This document shows, piece by piece, positions 1-5,486 of a stretch of DNA of 10,912 nucleotides. Positions within the stretch are counted from its first letter, which is position 1. Each line of letters starts with the position of its first letter. Origin of the DNA: a virus; IMG/VR virus record IMGVR_UViG_3300045988_035343, positions 1 to 10,912 of that record. One strand, 5' to 3'. The translations under genes and the position numbers were made by a program. The notes beneath the pieces were generated by a model. It had not been told where the DNA came from, did no database searches, and saw nothing but the letters and a program-made list of their open reading frames with translations.

Positions 1-105
1 AGCCAAATATGCACAAACACCCCCTTTTTAACATTTCCCAACACATTTTTAACATTCGCCAATAGAGTTTGGCACGCTTTTTGCATAGGCCGTGCCAAAC
101 CTCCA
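1..105. repeat. Left inverted terminal repeat (perfect 105 bp)
   Basis: Nt 1-105 (AGCCAAATATGCACAAACACCCCC...GTGCCAAACCTCCA) equal the reverse complement of nt 10808-10912 base for base, and the match breaks at nt 106. The repeat contains an 11-bp direct repeat TTTTTAACATT at 25-35 and 46-56 (21-bp phasing). It also contains an internal inverted repeat TTTGGCACG (68-76) / CGTGCCAAA (91-99). Confidence 0.97.
70..85 (+). promoter_or_regulatory. Sigma-54-type -24/-12 consensus match (TGGCACG-CTTT-TTGCA) inside the left ITR, pointing inward
   Basis: This is an exact match to the canonical RpoN promoter consensus TGGCACG-N4-TTGCW, with GG and GC at the correct spacing. It is one of four copies of the longer motif TTGGCACGCTnTTTGCATA. 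Promoter function is not shown, and it could instead be an origin or protein-binding element. Confidence 0.4.
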
Positions 106-107
106 CG

Positions 108-147
108 AAGAAACAAAAAATAGCGTACCAAAATAGTTTGGCACGCT
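108..147 (-). terminator. Rho-independent terminator after the last (tail) gene
   Basis: The minus strand reads AGCGTGCCAAA-ctat-TTTGGTACGCT, an 11-bp stem with one G-U pair and a 4-nt loop. It is followed directly by ATTTTTTGTTTCTT. It begins 14 nt after the stop codon of the 607-aa ORF. The pairing is better on the minus-strand RNA than on the plus strand (A-C mismatch). Confidence 0.75.
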
Positions 148-154
148 ATTTGCA
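139..154 (+). promoter_or_regulatory. Second sigma-54-type consensus match (TGGCACG-CTAT-TTGCA), left subterminal, outside the perfect ITR
   Basis: This is an exact TGGCACG-N4-TTGCA match. Its TTTGGCACGCT half also forms the distal arm of the 108-147 terminator hairpin, so its role is ambiguous. Confidence 0.3.
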
Positions 155-161
155 TAGGCCG

Positions 162-1985
162 TTAATCTATAAATACACCGCTTTGCAATAAATTAACAAT
201 TTCGTTGTACTCACTTTTGGGTACATTGTCAATACCATTATTTACAATCTCGTCAAACTTGTAAAAACCTTTTGCACATTGAGAAAGTACAACTTTTTTG
301 TAGTCATTGCCGCGTGTATCGCTGTACTCATTAGTGAAGTAATTAAGCCTTATAAAAGGCTCAAGGCCGTATAAATTTTGTGCGTCCCACCTATCGCTAC
401 CTATTACGCTTGTATCGTACGTTGTGTACAATATATCCGTATTAGGTTGTACGTTATGTAATTGTATCGGTAAATCGTTGCTATCCAACAATTTACAAAC
501 CCCGTCACCGCTAATTACATTAATATCATACACTAACTTTACCGACTTACCGACATAATCAGAAGACAAATTAACAATACCCACGAACGGCAAAAATACC
601 TCGATAAGCATATCTTTGTCTAGTGTGGTGTTATCTTTACGTGGTATTGTGATACCTCCAAAATCCAACGTTATTATATCCTTTTCGGGTAACTCTGCGT
701 TAATTTCGGTATCGTAGTTGCCGCATTTTATTCGGTCCGTGCCTTTTGTAGGTATGTGCGTATAAATACGCTTAATTCTGTTAACGTACTCGCTCAAATC
801 TTGCTCGTACGTTATAAACGTACCGCTTTCCGTGAAGTACCGCTTTTTGCTGAAAGCATCGAGGTTGTCTAATGTCACAACATACACGTTAATAGAACCA
901 TAATTTTTAATACTTGGCTGTACCTCAACTTGCGCCCCTCCACGAAATTCTATGTACTCAGTTTTGGGGCATTCGGTTGCGATGTCAAGTGTTATGCTAC
1001 CTTGTTTGCCGTCTTCGCTCAGCGTGAAGAGTTTCTTTTCCACGCCCCCGAACTCATCAGTATAATGTAATACGGGGGGGTCTTGGTCGGCCTTAAATGT
1101 GCTACCTTCATTTGCGTGTATTGTAACGTTTACTTTGTCGGTCGGTGTGTAATAGGTCGGTATATTTTCGGCCGTGCAATTATATAGGGTATTTTTAACG
1201 GGTATAGCCTTAATATAAGTACCATTAATAACCACCGACACAGAAGTATCTACATTTGTTATTGCTATGGTTGCGGTGTCGCTGCTTTGTATGGTCATAT
1301 TATCAGTATGCGAAGTACCGCCCGTATCTGTGTACGTTACGTTGGTCGCTTGTATAACATAGCCGCTTTGTGTGCCCTTTAGTGTTAGGTTGAAAGTGCC
1401 ATTATCGTACGTATATGTAGCGTTTGTGCCGTCTATGTTATTTGTTATGGTAATGGTAGGTGTACTTTCGGCAACCTCCCCGTTAAGTGTAAAAGTACTA
1501 TTTTTGGCAGCGTCATCTATGGTAAAAGTAGCCTTGCTTTTGTCCGTACTTATTACACCGTTAGCTGTGGAAGTACCCCCAAAACTATCAGTGTACGCAC
1601 AAGTAGGCGCGGTGTTGAATTGATACCCAGTATCAGCGGTAACTACAATGGTATGTACATCACCGCTTACACTATATGTATAGGTAGTGTTTACTATATT
1701 GTTTGTTATCGTTGGTTCTGCGGGGGCATCGGGGTCTACCTTAGTAGCACCCGTTAAACGTATATTTGTACCGCTAACACCATTAAATTTGCAAGTTTTT
1801 AAGTCGGTAGACACTTTGCCCCTTACGCTGCCCCCTCCGAAATCATCATCAAATCGGGCGCGTGGTGTGGTTGTGGTGTCAAACAAAAATCCTGTGTCAG
1901 CGGTACTAACAATATTATACGCCCCTACACTTTCCGTATATGTAAATGTAGTGTGTGGTATTTGGTTTGTTATTATATCTGCCAT
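162..1985 (-). CDS. Tail protein, putative receptor-binding protein: four N-terminal tandem beta-rich repeats plus a C-terminal knob/anchor-like domain
   Basis: The 607-aa ORF is last in the structural module. Residues 1-355 form four diverged repeats sharing TNNI..T.YTY, TADTGY.F and YTD.FGG. The C-terminal ~250 aa contain FLPFVGIVNLSSDYVGKSVKLVYDI, which recalls the central YPY...ITD..G...L region of phi29 gp9-type knob proteins (from memory, not searched). Confidence 0.7.
   Translation of the reverse strand: MADIITNQIPHTTFTYTESVGAYNIVSTADTGFLFDTTTTPRARFDDDFGGGSVRGKVSTDLKTCKFNGVSGTNIRLTGATKVDPDAPAEPTITNNIVNTTYTYSVSGDVHTIVVTADTGYQFNTAPTCAYTDSFGGTSTANGVISTDKSKATFTIDDAAKNSTFTLNGEVAESTPTITITNNIDGTNATYTYDNGTFNLTLKGTQSGYVIQATNVTYTDTGGTSHTDNMTIQSSDTATIAITNVDTSVSVVINGTYIKAIPVKNTLYNCTAENIPTYYTPTDKVNVTIHANEGSTFKADQDPPVLHYTDEFGGVEKKLFTLSEDGKQGSITLDIATECPKTEYIEFRGGAQVEVQPSIKNYGSINVYVVTLDNLDAFSKKRYFTESGTFITYEQDLSEYVNRIKRIYTHIPTKGTDRIKCGNYDTEINAELPEKDIITLDFGGITIPRKDNTTLDKDMLIEVFLPFVGIVNLSSDYVGKSVKLVYDINVISGDGVCKLLDSNDLPIQLHNVQPNTDILYTTYDTSVIGSDRWDAQNLYGLEPFIRLNYFTNEYSDTRGNDYKKVVLSQCAKGFYKFDEIVNNGIDNVPKSEYNEIVNLLQSGVFID
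921..1985 (-). repeat. Four tandem diverged protein-domain repeats (about 91, 85, 86 and 93 aa) within the tail protein
   Basis: Repeat boundaries at aa 1-91, 92-176, 177-262 and 263-355 were found by aligning recurring motifs: ITNxI-xxTxYTY, (V/L)TADTGYxF or KGTQSGYVI, (Y/F)TDxFGG, and a Thr/Ser-rich beta-strand pattern. The repeats are visible at the protein level only; the DNA copies are diverged. Confidence 0.8.
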
Positions 1986-1986
1986 A

Positions 1987-2427
1987 CTATTTATTGCCTT
2001 TAAGTGTTACCATTATAATACTACCTTCTTTGTCAAAAAGTTTTGAAGTAGGAAAGTTTAATATTTCCGTATGTGGGAAAACGTTGAACACGTTACTATT
2101 TACTGATAAATCGCGGTTTGCGTTGTCGCTCTCCACTATTAACGCGGTACTTTGTAAGATAACATCTTTGTACGTCTGTAGTACATCGAGCGACAGAGTA
2201 AGTAAATACGTATTACCACCCACGTATCTAAAATTGTCTACAAAGTAGTATTTTTTGAAATCCTCCAAGTAAACGTAATTAAACCCATACATATTAGGGG
2301 GCATTTGTATTTTTAGCGTTGGATTATGTACATTTAATTCGGGCCGCAAAGCAACGTTAAGCGTACCCAATGGCGTAAGTGCTTTGTTTATCGTGTTCGG
2401 TTGCCCCTTATAGTTATATAAAATCAT
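1987..2427 (-). CDS. Tail knob/tube protein, N-terminal-domain-only homolog (phi29 gp9-like)
   Basis: In the 146-aa ORF, FNYVYLEDFKKYYFVDNFRYVGGNTYLLTLSLDVLQTYKDVILQSTALIVESD resembles the recalled phi29 gp9 segment YIMFQN..GNKWFYAFVTELEF...[26 protein letters not shown]. phi29 gp9 is about 600 aa, so this ORF covers only its N-terminal part. It ends TAG-T-ATG directly before the 607-aa ORF. Confidence 0.65.
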   Translation of the reverse strand: MILYNYKGQPNTINKALTPLGTLNVALRPELNVHNPTLKIQMPPNMYGFNYVYLEDFKKYYFVDNFRYVGGNTYLLTLSLDVLQTYKDVILQSTALIVESDNANRDLSVNSNVFNVFPHTEILNFPTSKLFDKEGSIIMVTLKGNK

Positions 2428-2430
2428 CGT

Positions 2431-2467
2431 AATAAAATTAAAAAAAGGTGGTGTATATTACACCACC
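2431..2467 (-). terminator. Rho-independent terminator immediately after the capsid gene
   Basis: The minus strand reads GGTGGTGTA-ata-TACACCACC (9-bp GC-rich stem) followed by TTTTTTTAATTTTATT. It lies between the capsid gene stop (2489) and the start of the next gene (2427). Confidence 0.85.
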
Positions 2468-2488
2468 TTGAGCCACAATATTAACTAA

Positions 2489-3661
2489 TTATGCAACAAA
2501 GAAAACAACAAAGTTTTCGTTTGTGTCATTAAAATATCCTGCGTCAAACTTGTAATAGTTATTGAAGAACTCGGCCTTAGCGTTATAGTTAGTAGTTACG
2601 CGGCGGTTGAGGTTGCACACGCCCAACGCGTCTCTATCAAACATAACGCCTAACACACCGGTAATATCAACGGGTTTGCCGCCCGTCTCCTTGATTGTGA
2701 TGTGCGCCGTACTCGCAAATTCGTACTTCGTACCGCTACCCTGCCAAAATGGAACACTTTCCGCGTTCGGCAATAGTACCTGCTCTTTGTTGTACGTATC
2801 GCTGTACAGATAAGCACGGGCCGCCTTTTCAAAATCAGAGAGTAACACGACGTGTAAGTTTTCGCGCGGTGTAAAGCGTGGCTTACCTCCAATGTTGAAG
2901 ACGCTAGAAATACTTGCAAGTCTATCAGTGTACAAACCAATTGTATAACTTGCAAACTTGATAAAATCGGGGTCGGTAAGTGCCTTTGCCGCGGTCAAAG
3001 TAGTACCTTTGTTATCGTTGTACAACTTTAGCAAATTGACGCAACGCGCGGTGCTTGCGGTTGTGTAGTCTGTACTAACGTCACCACCAAAGGCCGCGCT
3101 ATCAGCTATTAAAGTTTGCGCAATCATATTGTTAATTGTACGCATTATTAACGCGTCTGTCTTAATGGTAATAGACTTTTCAACCGCGTTATAAATCATT
3201 GAGAGAAACGCGTTTAGTTGCTCAGCGTTAGAAAAACTTTCTTTTACTTGTCGCTCGGTTATAGAAACGGGCACCTCGAAAGTTACTTTGCTATTAAAGA
3301 ACTTTGCCGTAACTTGTGGCTTGTGGAAGACGTCTTGTGAGTAGTCGGTGCCGTCCGTTAGCTCCCAACTTTTGTTTTCCTCGGCTTCGGGTAAGTCCGC
3401 ACTAATCTTTTCAAGCACTGAACCGAACTCCCACGCGTCCATAAGTACAGAGGGGATTTTGCCCGCGTAAGGACGATTGACAAACACAACTTTGCCAATG
3501 TGGTTAACAAGTGATTTAACGTAATTGTCGACTGCATTTTGGTTAAAAACCTCATTGCCCAAATCGACCAACCCCGTTAAATCTTCACTTACAAGTTCAG
3601 ATTTGCCTAAAACCTCTTTAGACACTGAATTAATAAGGGTGTAAATTTGTTTTACTTCCAT
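2489..3661 (-). CDS. Major capsid protein (phi29 gp8-like, HK97-fold class)
   Basis: The 390-aa ORF sits in the structural module with its own promoter and terminator. VDNYVKSLVNHIGKVVFVNRP, NAFLSMIYNAVEKSI and the C-terminal FFNNYYKF resemble the recalled phi29 gp8 segments NDFITSLVDRIGLVVIRQ, SFVSSIINAIYNSAE and YWNYYYHVW. There is no Ig-like C-terminal extension. Confidence 0.82.
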   Translation of the reverse strand: MEVKQIYTLINSVSKEVLGKSELVSEDLTGLVDLGNEVFNQNAVDNYVKSLVNHIGKVVFVNRPYAGKIPSVLMDAWEFGSVLEKISADLPEAEENKSWELTDGTDYSQDVFHKPQVTAKFFNSKVTFEVPVSITERQVKESFSNAEQLNAFLSMIYNAVEKSITIKTDALIMRTINNMIAQTLIADSAAFGGDVSTDYTTASTARCVNLLKLYNDNKGTTLTAAKALTDPDFIKFASYTIGLYTDRLASISSVFNIGGKPRFTPRENLHVVLLSDFEKAARAYLYSDTYNKEQVLLPNAESVPFWQGSGTKYEFASTAHITIKETGGKPVDITGVLGVMFDRDALGVCNLNRRVTTNYNAKAEFFNNYYKFDAGYFNDTNENFVVFFVA

Positions 3662-3662
3662 G

Positions 3663-4232
3663 CTAGTATATTAATTTAGTTATATCATTTATAATTGCAA
3701 AAATAATGCTTTTGCGCCAATTTTGCAAATTAAATTCAATTTCTTTTGTAAGTTCGTCCGTTGGCGATTTTGAGCCAAGGCCCACAACCTTTTGCGTACT
3801 TACAACATCGTTAGTACGTGTATTGTCGTACGTGGTACTATCTTTGTCGTACTCCACGAAATCCGTTGCGTTGTATGGTTTGTTAGACGCTACATTTGTA
3901 TTGTTATTGTTGGCGTTTTCCGTGGTCTTGTCTTCGCGCGTTGTCTGCTGCTGTATAGGGTTAAGTACATCATATTGGGCATTGTACGCATTTGCCACGC
4001 GTACCCAATTATTAACACTCAACGCAATTATATTTTTTATGTACTCATTTGCGTTTGCTTGTGTTATTGTGTTTATGCACTCGCGCTCGCTGTAGTTGAG
4101 TAGTACAAGTGTATCAAGGCCGACACTATCAAGGTCACCGAATATTGCAGCGTATTCCGTGGGGAAATTAGCCTTGAACACCTCCGTAAATAGTCCGTGT
4201 TTAGGGTCGGGGTATAGGTCAATTATTTTCAT
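3663..4232 (-). CDS. Hypothetical virion/assembly protein (scaffold or head-tail adaptor / lower-collar candidate)
   Basis: The 189-aa ORF lies between the portal and capsid genes, overlapping the portal gene by 14 nt and ending 1 nt before the capsid ATG. It has a globular N-terminus, an N/T/D-rich low-complexity centre and a helical C-terminus. No motif was recognised, so the function is inferred from position only. Confidence 0.55.
   Translation of the reverse strand: MKIIDLYPDPKHGLFTEVFKANFPTEYAAIFGDLDSVGLDTLVLLNYSERECINTITQANANEYIKNIIALSVNNWVRVANAYNAQYDVLNPIQQQTTREDKTTENANNNNTNVASNKPYNATDFVEYDKDSTTYDNTRTNDVVSTQKVVGLGSKSPTDELTKEIEFNLQNWRKSIIFAIINDITKLIY
3698..3729 (-). promoter_or_regulatory. 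Bacteroidota-type sigma-A promoter for the capsid gene (TTTG-N20-TATTTTTG)
   Basis: The minus strand reads TTTG-caaaattggcgcaaaagcat-TATTTTTG. This matches the Bacteroides consensus of -33 TTTG and -7 TAnnTTTG with a 20-nt spacer. The -7 element ends 36 nt upstream of the capsid ATG and is embedded in the 3' end of the 189-aa ORF. Confidence 0.6.
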
Positions 4233-5244
4233 TTTCTTCTTCCTTTTCTTCGTCCGTTTCGGTCTCCGTTTCGGTTTCCGTTTCTTTGTCCGTTTCGGTT
4301 TCTGTTACTTCATTTTCTTCTTGTTCAGTATAATTTTGGCTATTATCAGAAGTATTATTTTTATTATCTTCATTTTCTTCGTTTTCGGTTTTATTTTCTT
4401 CTTTTCTTATCGCCCAACTACTTGCAAGTTCAACACTTATTTCCGTTCCAAACATAGCGTTTATTTTTTCCACGGCCTTTTTGCGCTCTTGTAGCATATT
4501 GTCAACGTAGGGGTTTAGGGCGTCCACATTCATTTGCACCTCGGACGTGTTCAGCCGCTCGCGCTTTAAGTTGTAGTTTGCATTCAACCCAATTTCATTA
4601 AACGCCGACGCCTTGAAGTATTGTAATAACTCAATAAGTTGCGTTATTTGGTTGGCGCTTTGCGTGGATATGCTTTGCAAGTTCACGCCCTTAAAAAATG
4701 CGTTTTCGCCTATTACGGAAAAATCGCCCTGCAAAATCTTGTTTATGAAGTCGTCAGCGCTTTGCTTTGTCTTATCATCGCTCGCACTTATTAACATGGT
4801 GATACGAGAGAGTACAGAACACGTGTTCAGCGACAAAAGCGTATCAGAACACAATACACCATATTTACCAAAGATAGGTAAAAGACTATTTGCACCGCTA
4901 TCGTTTTTTATCAATACGCCCTCAACGTCTATTTTATACGACTTGTTGATGTTTAGAAAGGGGTTACTTACAATGTATTCTGTAGCCTCATTGTACGCGT
5001 TTGGCGTACCTCCAAGGCCGCCAGTAAAAGCGTACATTTTGCCTTCTACCTCAGTTACAAAAACATTGCCGTTTGTCTGCAAAAGATTTTCTAAATTGTT
5101 TTGCGGTAACGTATCGGGCAAACCTTTGTACTCAAACATTGCTTGTGTTATGGCTAACATTTTGCGTATGTAGCCATTTACGCTTTTATCTTTGTTTTTT
5201 ATTTGCTCTTGATACTTTAAGTATAAGTTATCTTTCTTTGCCAT
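4219..5244 (-). CDS. Portal (upper collar / connector) protein, phi29 gp10-like, with a ~60-aa acidic low-complexity C-terminal tail
   Basis: In the 341-aa ORF, MFEYKGLPDTLPQNNLE resembles phi29 gp10 LFEWENLPPTINPSFLE, and NLKRERLNTSEV resembles NLEKKERMVTDEV (recalled). The size is typical of Picovirinae-type connectors. The C-terminus is EENKTENEENEDN...TETETDKETETETETETDEEKEEENENN. Confidence 0.88.
   Translation of the reverse strand: MAKKDNLYLKYQEQIKNKDKSVNGYIRKMLAITQAMFEYKGLPDTLPQNNLENLLQTNGNVFVTEVEGKMYAFTGGLGGTPNAYNEATEYIVSNPFLNINKSYKIDVEGVLIKNDSGANSLLPIFGKYGVLCSDTLLSLNTCSVLSRITMLISASDDKTKQSADDFINKILQGDFSVIGENAFFKGVNLQSISTQSANQITQLIELLQYFKASAFNEIGLNANYNLKRERLNTSEVQMNVDALNPYVDNMLQERKKAVEKINAMFGTEISVELASSWAIRKEENKTENEENEDNKNNTSDNSQNYTEQEENEVTETETDKETETETETETDEEKEEENENN
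4254..4301. repeat. Imperfect 12-nt tandem repeat x4 (CCGTTTCGGTYT on the plus strand) encoding the (Thr-Glu)n tract of the portal tail
   Basis: The four units are CCGTTTCGGTCT, CCGTTTCGGTTT, CCGTTTCTTTGT and CCGTTTCGGTTT. On the coding strand they correspond to (ACN-GAA)n. Confidence 0.85.
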
Positions 5245-5434
5245 TTGTCAAAGTTTTTATTAAGGTGCTTAACTCGCTTAAAACTTTGGTGTTATCCTCC
5301 AAAGTTGTTCGTAGGTTGTCAGTTTCTTCTTTGTGCTGCTCATCGTGCTTTGTCATGTAGTAAAATACTATGAGACACATTGCGATAGGAAAACCAACGT
5401 TTGAAATCATTTGTGTAACTTGTGGAATATCCAT
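5228..5434 (-). CDS. Small single-pass membrane protein, holin-like (BhlA/UviB-like architecture)
   Basis: The 68-aa ORF has one N-terminal hydrophobic helix (VGFPIAMCLIVFYYM) followed by a charged, coiled-coil-like tail (KHDEQHKEETDNLRTTLEDNTKVLSELSTLIKTL). A promoter-like element lies just upstream. It overlaps the portal start by 17 nt. Confidence 0.5.
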   Translation of the reverse strand: MDIPQVTQMISNVGFPIAMCLIVFYYMTKHDEQHKEETDNLRTTLEDNTKVLSELSTLIKTLTNGKER

Positions 5435-5454
5435 TTTGTAAGGTTTTATTACTG

Positions 5455-5486
5455 CAAATGTACAGAAATTATTTTATACTTACAAT
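5455..5486 (-). promoter_or_regulatory. Bacteroidota-type promoter candidate (aTTG-N20-TACATTTG) upstream of the holin-like/portal genes
   Basis: The minus strand reads ATTG-taagtataaaataatttctg-TACATTTG. The -7 element is perfect, the spacer is 20 nt as at the other two sites, and the -33 element matches 3 of 4 positions. The -7 element ends 20 nt before the ATG at 5434 and overlaps the ATPase stop region. Confidence 0.45.

Noticed and set aside
66-100. Resemblance of TTGGCA...TGCCAA and ATGCAAA in the ITR to the adenovirus origin NFI (TTGGC-N5-GCCAA) and Oct-1 octamer sites
   Set aside because: The half-site spacing is 14 nt, not 5. All other evidence (portal, phi29-type ATPase, bacterial promoters and terminators) indicates a bacteriophage, so the resemblance is treated as coincidental.
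1372-2248. Plus-strand ORFs 1372-1623, 1687-2046 and 1955-2248 from the track
   Set aside because: They are antisense shadows of the long minus-strand tail genes. Their translations are hydrophobic and low-complexity (V/L/F/S-rich), as expected for reverse frames. They have no start-site context and conflict with well-supported genes.
2607-4103. ORFs 2607-2813 (+), 2650-2955 (-), 3358-3555 (-), 3706-4095 (+) and 3792-4103 (+)
   Set aside because: All are nested in alternative frames or on the opposite strand of the capsid gene and the 189-aa gene. The products are Arg/Cys/Leu-rich with no motifs. The overlapped genes are strongly supported.
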